In this document: in pieces, positions 52,907 through 64,000 of the stretch
How the letters are laid out: each line of letters opens with the position of its first letter
Position numbering within the stretch: the first letter of the stretch is position 1
NCBI GenBank assembly: GCA_021613535.1
Contig: CP075496.1
Location: 2,790,001-2,854,000, forward strand
Direction of reading: 5' to 3'
DNA from: Adineta vaga
Lineage: Eukaryota > Animalia > Rotifera
Length of the DNA stretch: 64,000 nucleotides
Notes under the pieces: model-generated
The model's database searches: none
Seen by the model: the letters and a program-made list of their open reading frames with translations, nothing else
Told to the model about the DNA's origin: nothing
Translations under genes and position numbers: made by a program

Positions 52907-53789
52907 ATTATTTGTTAATTAGTGAAGATAAAATTACTTGAATAGATTTATTTCTAAAAAATAATACGAATACACGATAATTCACATAGATCATACAAAA
53001 AATTAAATTTAACTCAACAAAGCACAAACTTGACCCACTCATTCCTCTTGGATATATGTTACTATTTCTCTGTTCGGTTTTCTAATAAACCAGGTTACAC
53101 AATTCTTGATAAAACGATTACTTATTAAGAAATTCTTTCTTAATTCAAAAATTCGCGTCACCTCTTATCTCTATGCCAACTACTCTAGTCACTTTTGTTC
53201 GTTGATACATGTTGGTCTATATTCGAACTATCAAATAATATAAAATAGTAAAAGAAAGAAAAAGAGAGAAGAGAAAATCTATTAGTTACCATTATTGTTG
53301 TTATATGACTTAGTTTGTTTGATTGGATACATAAATGAAACTTGTTTAATTGCCTTCATAAGAAAACTAATCCAAATATCTTCGAAAAGATTTAATCATA
53401 ATTATCGCTTTTCTAAATTTCATTATTTTCAAATATTAAGATTTTCTTCTATTGATCATCACTGACATCTATCTAATTCTAAATATATTACTCAATGTAA
53501 CAAGTAGAAATAGATCGTTTCATGTAGAGTGATTAGAAGAAAAAAAATATTTTCAAATTAATTTCGGTTAGATTACATAATTGAAGATCAATTCCAACAA
53601 ACAATAGATAAGGATAAAAGAAATGTGATGAACACAGTAAGTTTCGCAATTCCTTTCATAATCACGTCGACTGATATATGATATTCATCATGTTCAAAAG
53701 AAAGAAAAGAATAGAGAATTCGATCGAAATAATTATACGAACAAAATTGTTCATTTCAAACAAAATCATTCTTACTGATCTACACAAAT

Positions 53790-54633
53790 ATGAATAATTA
53801 TTTCGTATATAGTTTTATTTGCTTCATATATTTTCTTACAATATATGAATGCAAGGAACATTTATCACCAGATGATATTTCCTTCGATCGAAAAGTTCAA
53901 CAAACACCGTTGATTGTTATCGGTATTTCATTGACAAAGAATTTTCATAAAGATATTGACGATTTATTCAATATTACATTTCTTGTTCAATGTATTCTGA
54001 AGGGTAAACCAACCGAACAAATTATACAAATTGTTCAAGCAGGTAAATTTAGCGTTATATTGAATGGATTGTTCTGTTCTGTAAATAAGAAAAGATTTTA
54101 GGTTCACTTCTGGGTCGTCATGCACATCAAAAATTGGATGTTAATCGAGAATATCTCGTCTTTCTTGAACCATTCTTTCATGGAACTTATCGACCAGTTG
54201 ATTTCGAAGATATTCCTTACAGTACTCAAATCGATAGTTTACTAAAAAAAACATGTGGTCTCTCTCGATCTTATCCGTTTACGGAAGGAAATGATACTGA
54301 AGCAGCATTAATAAATAAATGTCCATCAGCAGTTTCAGTCAATTGTCAATCAGGTACGTTCAACTTTAGATTTTCTTTCGAGAAATTCTATTTCCTATGT
54401 TCATAGACATTAAAAAAACTACAACTGTGTCAGTAGCAGCATCAGTTATTCCGACATTAATTGAACAGGATCCACTTGAACTCGAAGCATTATCACTTCT
54501 TTTTGCAGATCGTTCTTCCAAACAGAAATCTCGTTTTTCAGATGATCAAATACGCAACAATAACACAAATCATTTATCGTTTACTTTTCTTCTCAATATA
54601 ATCTTATTCAGTATCCTATATATCATAATGTAA
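53790..54633 (+). CDS. Secreted, probably GPI-anchored NtA/TIMP-like domain protein, paralog A (introns 54043-54101, 54354-54406)
   Basis: Signal peptide; FDRKVQQTPLIVIG...FLVQCILKG...EYLVFLEP; Cys-containing linker; hydrophobic C-terminus with no cytoplasmic tail. Confidence 0.8.
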
Positions 54634-55092
54634 AATAAAACGAAACATACTCATCTTTACTCGATTTCTTTTTGTCTTTTACAATCCTTTTGTTTTACAT
54701 ACAATCGAGTGCAATGCGTGCGTATCTCTCAACAATAATATATTCAAATAAACTTCCTAGTAAATCGATACTAACGACATCTTTTTCAATTCTATAGAGA
54801 AAGAAAGAGAGAGAAATGAAAGGATGGCATTTTTCCAGCGTTCAATACCTGGCAACAACCTATATCTATGTCTTCTTAAAACAGAACAGAAAAACATACA
54901 CTTACTCAGAAAAGTAATGACGTATGGTAATACATTTTTTCTCCATCGTTCTTTTTTAATTCAATAGTAATGAAAAAAATCTTTTTTCTCTATTATTGAT
55001 TACTCATTACTTACTTCTTACTCTTTCTTCTTACTTCCTCGCCTCAATTTCAAGAAAAATCTTTCTACCTACCTTTCAAATCAACAATAATC

Positions 55093-57135
55093 ATGGGTGG
55101 AACGCCATGTAAAGCTACACCAAATAGTGACAAGTAAAAGTTCTGTACATTCTAATCAATCTTACGAATATATATATACATTCTCAATTTAGAGCAATTA
55201 CTATTGCTATTCTTGGCTTAGATAATGCTGGTAAGTTGAATTGTTGATTATTTTTCATGCAATTGTTTTGTTTTTCTAGGAAAAACAACGACAACTCGAG
55301 TATTAGAAAAGGGTAAAGATATTTGTTTGAAAATCTTTCTATGATAAAATTTTCGATTTTTAATCAATTTCAGCTCCAGTTGATTCAGTCACACCTACAA
55401 TTGGCTATTCTCAATCAGAAATAACACATAAAAATGAAAAAATCAAATTAATTGATCTTGGTGGTGGAAAAACTTTTCGTGAAGCCTGGCGTCATTATTA
55501 TGATGATGCCTATGGTTTTGTTTATGTTCTCGATTCGAGTGAAGAAAATCGTCTTGATGAAAATCGTGAAGTTTTAAAACGACTTTTACAAGAAGAAAAA
55601 GTCAAAGGCAAACCAATTCTCATGTAATCAAATCTTTCTTACAAAGAAATTTTATTCTACAAATGTTCTTTCTTTTTCTTTCATTTCATTTAGTTTAGCT
55701 AATAAACAAGATAAAGCAGAAGCTTTGGATAAAAATACTATTCTTGAAGATTTAAAAATTGAACGACTTGTGAATGAAAATCAAACATTATGTCGAGTGG
55801 TAAGAATACAATTAGAATATATTTTCAATTGATATCGATGAGAAATTTAGGAATTATGTACAGCTAAAGCAATCAGTCGAAATGGAAAGAATTCGAAAGT
55901 TGACGATGCAATTCGACATGGTTTTGATTGGTTAATAAAAACTGTCTATGAAAATTATGATATGTTACATAAACGTGTTGATTCGGATGTTCGAAAACGT
56001 AAGGAAAATGAACAAAAAGAAAAACGTGAACGGATGGAACGTGTACAAAAACTACGTGAAGAGTAAGAATCGATTTTTCTTTCAAATCATCTTGAATTTG
56101 TCAATCTGTTCTATTTTAGACGAGAAAAAGAAGAAGAAGAAGGAGTAGAAAATGAAGAAGATGCTATCAAGAATGGTTTTGTTCCAATTAATCAAGCAGT
56201 AAAAAATGCAGAAGTAATTTTAAACGATTAATTCAATATTTGTTTTTTTGAAAAAGCAATTCTTTTCTCTTTTGTTCCAGCGAAGTTCTACAGAAAAACC
56301 AACAAAAGATAAATCAAAGCACAAATCATCGAAATCAAATTCAAATGATGAAAATACTCCAAATCCACCAAAACCAGCACCACGGTCTATATCTCACAAT
56401 CGAATATTGAATTCCGACGATACCATTGATGATCAAGTTCGTCCTAGACGACACAGTAGTGATCTTTTATCACAAGGAAAGGAATCTTCTGTTTCATCAA
56501 ATAACGATGATAATGAACGAATCAATTCACCAGATGATCAAACAACAACTCAACGTTTACCTCGAAAAAAGAAGAAAGTTATTGGACCTGGTCGACAGCG
56601 TTCCCAAGGTGATAATCTTCCACCATTAGCTCCATCATCGTCAGCATCTCGTCGTGACGATATCTCTCAACATAAAGGACCACCTATTGGTACACCACGA
56701 CCACAACCAATGGTTGCTCAATGGGCTATCACAAGTCCTACTCCTCAATATCCAACAGAAAAACTAACAACTATTAATAGTGATAATGAAAACGATGATA
56801 ATCATGAAAAAGAAAAATCAAAATCGACGAAACGAAATTCGACCTCTCGTAAAATCTCCACAGATGATAATGAAGAGAAAAATGAACATTCAAAAAAATC
56901 CCATCGTCACAAACAAACAAATGATCATGATAATAATTCTGACGATAATATACATCGAGAATCATCAGCAAGACAAAAATCAAGTGCAAGATCACGTAAT
57001 CATAATGATGATGAAGGTGATGATGATGATGAAAATCGACAAAAACAATCATCCATTCGTAAAACAACTAGTAACAATTCATCACATCGATCTCATTCAA
57101 GAACGAAGGACATCATCGTAGATGATCTTCAATAA
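55093..57135 (+). CDS. ARL13B: ADP-ribosylation factor-like 13B (ciliary GTPase), multi-exon
   Basis: GLDNAGKTT; DLGGG with Gly replacing the catalytic Gln (diagnostic for ARL13); LANKQD; a coiled coil; a long Pro/Ser/charged tail containing a VRP (VxP) motif. Confidence 0.93.
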
Positions 57136-57757
57136 ACATAGAAATAGTTCAAATGCGCAATTTAAGTACAGCTATGGTAAAAACAATGTCTATAATTCTA
57201 TTCTTCTTTATCAAATGAATTCATAGCAATTGAAACTAAAACGTAATGATACAAAAATCTTTTACAACGAAATTGCTTGTATGGTTCTTTTGTAGTTCAT
57301 TCTATCATTCTTGTTCGTAATTTATTCAAAGAAAAGACATTTTGTTGTGAATATTTACTTGATTATAAAAATCTATAAATAGTTATTTTTCCTTTTCAAT
57401 AACTCCTACAAAGATCAAGGTTATCATAAACAATAATTTCAACAAAGCAAATATGAAGTTTTTCCGATAAGATTATATAGACTCATGACATCATTAGTTA
57501 TGAAAAGAATAGAAATACATCTGGATATTTCTTTTGTATTCATTGAATCATGAAATAAACATTTGTTGAAAGGAAAAGAACGATTCAAAGATATTTTCTG
57601 TTACAATAATCGTCCGTAAGATTCAAATAGTGAATATTTCAAATACATATCGGACGTGTATTCTTTTTGTTCTTCTTTAGTAAAGCAATATAAATGCATG
57701 TTAAACTCCATCGATCACTACATTTATTTCGACTTTTTCTTTTTATCAAACTAAAGA

Positions 57758-58607
57758 ATGTTCGTTCATCTTACTTTCTTTCTATTTGTTATCGTATCAT
57801 TTTCTTCGAGTCAATTGCTGACAAATGATCGACAATGTCTTCCAGATACAACTGATTTTGCTACGAAAGTAGAAAAATCATCTGTTGTTGTCTATGGAAA
57901 AGCAATGGCAAAGATTATGAATGATGGAAGTGATTCAATTTTTCATGTCTTCTATCAAGTTGATTGTATTCTAAAAGGACCAGCAACATTACGGCAAATA
58001 AATATAACCAATGCTGGTAAGAGAAGAAAAGTTATTCTTTTCCAATGAAACTAAATAATGTGTTTTAGGTCGTGTACAAGGTAAACAATATTGTCAAGAA
58101 TTTCCGGTTGGTCGTGGTTATTCAATCGCTTTTCTTGAACCAATTTCATCGGATAAACCTGATTATAAAACATTTTTTCCAGCTGATTTTGCTGAAATTC
58201 GTGAAGATGGAAATTCTACTAGTCAATTATTAGCTCGAACATGTAATCTTCATCGAATTGTTCCTCGTCAATCATTAGCGTCAGTTACTGATGTTTGTCC
58301 TGATGTTGGTACTCATCCAATTTGTCATGAAATTACTAATACCACATTACCAACGATCGTGAATCAAGTTAATTTAACAACGATTATTCTAGCTGATATA
58401 AAATCAAATTCTTCGAATACAACTATAATTGTTCCAGGTAATCATGAACATTCAAATCAAGCTATCTACACTCCTGAACAAGAAATCGAAATGATTCGAA
58501 GTAAATCTGGTGTACATCAAGTCGATACTGACGAAAAGAATAGTGCTAAAACAACTACATTCGGCATTTATGTTATGATTATCGCTTTGATCTTCGCCTG
58601 GAATTAA
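57758..58607 (+). CDS. Secreted, probably GPI-anchored NtA/TIMP-like domain protein, paralog B (intron 58017-58068)
   Basis: Signal peptide; CLPD..FATKVEKSSVVVYG...YQVDCILKG...YCQEF...IAFLEP; Thr-rich stalk; tail NSAKTTTFGIYVMIIALIFAWN*. Confidence 0.82.
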
Positions 58608-59527
58608 AATCTTTTGACATTTTTAACCAAAAATACTTTTATTTTTAATTTTTTTCTGAATATATTTATAACGGAATAATTTTATTTCAAAAAAATTTAA
58701 AAGAAAACATTTCCTTTTCTCTATTCGAATGGGTATTGAACCATCTGACATCAGTGGCAGGTCTAATTGATAATAACACATCGATATTTATACAAATACT
58801 TTTAAGTGTCACGCGATGCATTATTCTTGCTATATCCTCTGTTCATTAGATATGCTTTCGAATTGCTGAAACTTGATGTTGTAGAACAATTTATTAAAAT
58901 CAATGTTGAAAAGATTGATTAGCAGTAGTGCAAATGAATATATATCTTGTATCTTTTTTAACGGCGAATTCAAAGAGTCGTTAGAATTATCTATCAAAGT
59001 ATTTATTCGTTTCATTATTCATCAAATCATAATATTGTAAACTCCTATATTCACTATTTTTGATTTAAAATCAAATCATATTTATTTCGCTTAAATTCAT
59101 AAAGAATCTGAATACATTATTGTATCAATTGTGAAAATAAATTGTTAACTGAATCTATAAATATCTAACATTTATTCCACGCCCTTCAAAAACAAACTCT
59201 ATTACCGTAAATAAGAATATAAATGATTTTGTCATCATCTCTTTTCTTCGATAGTATAACTGCGACACCTGTAGTGTCTAGAGATGCTATAGAATGGTAA
59301 ACATCTTCTCCAATCAATCACATGTTTATTTTAGACAGTTGATAGCTTCATCATGACTGTTGCTCGAGTCTACCAACGAGAATAACAGAATAGCAAAAAT
59401 GTATTCCATCTAACAGAATAGTAAATGTTTTTCTCACGTGAAAAGAACAGAATCCAATAGAGGATGTACATTAATAACCTTGTGATTTCTTTATATATTA
59501 GAATATTATCTATTTAGATTTATAAAA

Positions 59528-60681
59528 ATGCATTTAGAAAAGACAACTACCTCGACACAAGAAACTCCTATGGATGCACGTGATTTACTGTGTCCAATAT
59601 GCATGGGTATAAAGTGACTCATTTGTTCATAAAATATAATTGAAATTCATATTTTTAATTCATTCTTAGTAATTGCCGAAGATCCACATGTAACATCATG
59701 TTGTCATCGAGTATTTTGTTCAAAAGATGCTAATCCAAATCGATATGAAAATGGTTGTCCATTATGTCGTGAAATGAATTATTCATTTCAACCATCATCA
59801 AAACATAAAGCAATGCTTGAACAATTAACCATTAAATGTTTATGTTCAGAACGAATTGTTCCTACTGAATATGAACATCATCTTGAACGATGTTCTAATG
59901 TGACATTTACTTGTCCACATAATGCTTGTCAAGAAAAAGTAAAATATTAATTCGAAATAAATCAAATTTCTATTGAAATTCTGTTTTTTTTTTATTAGAA
60001 TCAATCAGCTATAATTCTCAACAACTTGTTAATCATCTTGCTCGAGCACATTGTGATGAAGTACCTGTACTTGGTTCTACTTATATTAATAAAAAATCTC
60101 TTGAACCATATAAAAAAGCAGCAGGAAAATATGATGATCTCGTTTCAACATTATATTCTGTACTTTATCCAAAAATGATCGAAATTCAATTGAAAAATTC
60201 ACCAACAATTCAAGAAACATCTTCAATATTTCAATGTCAACACGGACATCAATTAATCGATGCAGATCGAACAAAACGTAAACGTAAAAATGGTACTGTT
60301 TATTCAACAGCAGGTTTCAATTGTGATATATGTGGTCGATCATTTTCAACTGGACAATCATGGCATTGTTCATGTTCCGATAGTGGTTTTGATAAATGTG
60401 TTGGTTGTGTTGCTTTTCAATTGTATGATATTGATAATGATACTCTACAATTAGCAAGTCAAGATAATGAAGAACAACAACAACGTTATCGACGGCAAAC
60501 AATAAGAAATACTGTACGTTTACCTCGAGGTTTATTTCGTTTATTAACTGGTAGTATGGATGATGAAGATGATGATGCTAATGCCTTAGCATTACGACAT
60601 CGTTCACCATTTTTAAGTCAACGTAGTACATTTGAAAGTACAGATGACGATGAAATAGAAGTTAATCTTCGTGAAGATTAA
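59528..60681 (+). CDS. RING-like + TRAF-type zinc fingers + C1/ZZ-like domain protein; exons 2 and 3 are out of phase by 1 nt as sequenced
   Basis: LLCPICM|VIAEDPHVTSCCHRVFCSKD...CPLCR; CLC..EHHLERC; CPHNAC...NHLARAH; CQHGH...CDIC...WHCSC...FDKCVGC. Confidence 0.75.
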
Positions 60682-61112
60682 TGAACAGTATTCAACAAAC
60701 ATTCGTTTCTTTTTCCTTCTCATTTTCCCTAAACAAAAAACAACCAATTTAAATATGTAAATACTTTTTTGTTTTTCTTCTTTGATCTAACCTAGCGAAT
60801 GTTTTGTGTGTTTTGTTTTTCATGAATATATGTGACATTTTTCTGTAAATCTTTCATAGATAGAAATGATAATAAAACTTCATGATTTATTTTAGAAGAA
60901 ATGAATTTCAATAGGATGTTGAGTTTCTTTTTCAATGAACTTGATTTCTTTTTTTTTGCAATCCTTTTTCTCTTCTGTCGAGGATTGTAAGATGGTATGT
61001 TGAAGTATAGATTGTGAAATAGAGAAAAAGAAAAGTATTATTTGCCTTTTACAACAATTCAGATTGATTGGAAGAAAGAAACGCAAACAGTCAGAATAAC
61101 AATAACAAGACG

Positions 61113-62479
61113 ATGTCGTTGTTACAGGAAAATAATTTCGATGATTTCGATTTGGCAGATTTCAGTGATGATGAACGTTGTCAAGGTTTAATTATTCGTC
61201 GAAAAACAAGTTATTCGACTCGAACAGGTAAATCTAAACTTTCAGTACGTGAAACATCGGATACCAATGCAGTTAATCAAGCAATAGCATGTGCTTTAAA
61301 AGCTCGACCAAAAGCGTTTCATTATACACAAAAACAATTACAATATCTTCCACCATCGATAAAATATCTTTCGAAATGGAATACTTTACATGAACTTGAT
61401 CTACATGGAAATCAATTGAAATCATTACCAGATGAAATTGCAGAATTAAAATGGATTGAAATTTGTAATTTAGGTATGAAGACATTTTGTTTTTATCAAA
61501 ATCGTATAAATTCAATGTTTGTACATTGACCTTTTCACTATTGATCTCTTTACAAATAGATCGATTTTAATAGGTAATTCTTTATCTATATTTTCTATAA
61601 TGTTTAGGTAACAATCATTTTGAAACTATCCCATTAATTGTTGGTTCACTATCTCGTCTTACAAAATTACTTGTATTCAATAATCATCTTGGTAATTTAT
61701 CTTCGTCCTTGGTATTTTCCAAATTGTCAAATTTACGTATTTTAAATTTAAATAATAATTATATTACTCAATTACCTCCTGATATTGGTTGTTTAATTAA
61801 TCTTGAAATATTCACAATGGAACATAATCAATTGATTGAACTTCCACGTGAAATTGGTTTATGTACACGTTTAATTGAACTTCATCTTGGCTTCAATTCT
61901 TTAACGAAGCTTCCACTTGAAATTGGTTATCTAACTAATTTAAAACAACTTATTCTTCATCGTAATAATCTTCTTGAAATACCTGAAAGTATAACCAATT
62001 TAAAAAACTCATTAAAACATCTAGATATTGCATGTAATAATCTTCGTATATTTCCTAGTAAATTTCATACATTAAAACTTCAAGAATTCCATAGTGAACA
62101 TAATCCTTTATTAGAACGTGTTCCAATTCATTCGGTTCAAGAAAATGAAATTTTAACATTAAAAGAAATCTGTGCACGTCGTTCAATGTCGGAATTATGC
62201 AATGCAAATGAAGATTCTCAAGCCATTCTACGTGCACAATTACAAACGAATTCAAAAGCCAAAGAAATTCTATTACAATGTACTGAATGTCAATTTTGTC
62301 ATAATTATTTTTTAAATACTTGGTTAGAATGTGTCGAATTCATTGATGTACAACAAACATTTAAAGGTATTCATTCTCATCAAACAACAATCGCAACAAT
62401 TCCACAACGTATACTTCTTTGTTCATATAAATGTTTTAATAATCCTGATCATAATTATTATGGTGTCGCTTTTGTTTAG
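61113..62479 (+). CDS. LRRC69: Leucine-rich repeat-containing protein 69-like, 2 exons
   Basis: Tandem LRRs, then LDIACNNLRIFP..LKLQEF..NPL, LTLKEI, CQFC..FLNTWLECV.F and LLCSYKCF...YGVAFV*, matching the LRRC69 C-terminal Cys pattern as I recall it. Confidence 0.85.
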
Positions 62480-62670
62480 AATGAAAGAAAAGTTTTTCTT
62501 TTAAAATGTTAATCGGCATTTGTTGACTTTGATTTTATTTTTATTCTTTTTTTAATGAGAGATCCATTTCATCACACAATGTTCTTTCTTTTTCACACAC
62601 ACACACGCACACACACGATACGATGACAATATAAAAAAAACGAAAAAGTATTCTAGAAAAATTTCGATTT

Positions 62671-64000
62671 TTAATCGACTTCCTAAAATGAAGAAAAAAA
62701 AGAGAGAATTAATAAACAAATCATTTTTATTTTCATTATTCATACTTCAATGGTTGGACCAGCACTGCCACCAGCACCTGGTTGTGGGCCACCGGCACCA
62801 CCTGGAAAGCCGCCTGGCATACCTCCTGGCATACCTCCTGGCATACCACCTGCGCCACCTGCACCACCATAAAGTTTTGTCATAACGGGTGAACAGAGTT
62901 TTTCAACTTCTTTTAATTTATGTTCGAATTCTTCCTTTTCAGCAAGCTAAAAGAAAAGATTCCAATCATGAAAAGCCAACAAACAAAAGAATATCTTACT
63001 TGATTTGCTTCCATCCATTTTAATGCTTCTTCGATAGCCTCAGTAATCTTTTTCTTATCATCAGCATCGATTTTATCGGCTAATTTTTCATCATTAATAG
63101 TTGTTTTCATATTGAAACAATAAGATTCCAATGAATTCTTCGCACTAATGCGATCTCGTTGGGATTCATCTTCTTTCTTATATTTTTCAGCATCTGAAAC
63201 CATACGTTCGATTTCATCTTTTGATAAACGTCCTTTATCATTTGTAATTGTAATTTTATTTTCTTTGCCTGAACTTTTATCCATAGCTGAAACATTTAAG
63301 ATACCATTGGCATCAATATCGAATGTAACTTCAATTTGTGGGACACCACGTGGTGCTGGTGGAATACCAGATAATTCAAATTTGCCTAATAAATGATTGT
63401 CTTTTGTCATTGCACGTTCACCTTCGTAAACTTGAATCAATACACCTGGTTGATTATCCGAATATGTTGTAAATGTTTGAGTTTGTTTTGTTGGAATTGT
63501 TGTATTACGTTTGATCAATGCTGTCATGACACCACCAGCAGTTTCAATACCCTAGAAAAAGAAAAATGAAATTAGTTTAGGAACTTTTTCTTTATTATAT
63601 GCATGAAGAAACTTACCAATGAAAGTGGTGCAACATCGAGTAAAAGTAAATCTTTTACATCTTCAGATTTATCACCTGTTAAAATGGCAGCTTGTACAGC
63701 AGCACCATAGGCAACAGCTTCATCTGGATTGATAGATTTGTTTAATTCTTTACCATTAAATAAATCTTGTAAAAGTTTTTGTACTTTTGGAATACGTGTT
63801 GAACCTCCAACAAGAACAATTTCATGAATTTGTGCTTTATCCATTTTAGCATCACGTAAAGCTTTTTCGACAGGCTCAAGTGTTGAACGAAAGAGATCAG
63901 CACAGAGTTCTTCGAAACGAGCACGAGTGATTGTTGAATAGAAATCAACACCTTCATGTAATGAATCGATTTCAATCGATGCTTGTGATGATGATGATAA
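62671..64000 (-). CDS. HSP70: Cytosolic HSP70/HSC70, 3' part; the last exon is only EVD*
   Basis: [53 protein letters not shown] repeats and GPTIE|EVD*. Confidence 0.98.

Noticed and set aside
58715-58765. tRNA T-loop-like GGTTCAATACC on the minus strand
   Set aside because: No acceptor stem, D-arm or anticodon arm could be built.
58830-59015. 61-aa minus-strand ORF between NtA-like paralog B and the RING gene
   Set aside because: No recognisable motif and no supporting exons.
59263-59282. Short hairpin GACAC-N5-GTGTC adjacent to CTAG, resembling a Helitron 3' end
   Set aside because: The stem is only 5 bp, the spacing is wrong, and there is no second copy or Rep/helicase sequence.

Overview
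This is AT-rich eukaryotic (animal) genomic DNA with many short GT-AG introns of about 50-70 nt. The composition and gene set suggest a bdelloid rotifer or a similarly compact protostome genome (inference). About 23 protein-coding genes can be read by joining exons by eye. In order they are: intron-containing histone H2B (partial), OSTM1, CLPTM1, RPS15A, a DLC1/STARD13-type RhoGAP-START protein, a 103-aa lipid-anchored orphan, a long-rod intermediate filament lacking a lamin tail domain, a ubiquitin-like-fold/SAMD3-like nuclear protein, a class A GPCR, a 77-aa ankyrin-like ORF, a tight co-oriented run COPE-OSGEP-PEX10-PRMT7, a multi-C2H2 zinc-finger protein, UBR7, CCT8, two paralogous NtA/TIMP-like GPI-type proteins flanking ARL13B, a RING/TRAF-like zinc-finger gene with a splice-phase frameshift, LRRC69 and a cytosolic HSP70 (partial). 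No rRNA, tRNA, CRISPR array or intact transposon was recognised. The best leads are four. (1) The COPE-OSGEP-PEX10-PRMT7 run looks like an operon resolved by trans-splicing, with alternative acceptors that could toggle a mitochondrial-type presequence on PRMT7. (2) An HSP70 intron splits the EEVD motif, so retaining it would remove TPR co-chaperone binding. (3) The NtA-like paralogs show a concerted loss of one cysteine pair. (4) One gene may be a domesticated transposon-type protein that acts as a repressor. Exon boundaries are manual and family calls come from motif recognition, not database searches.
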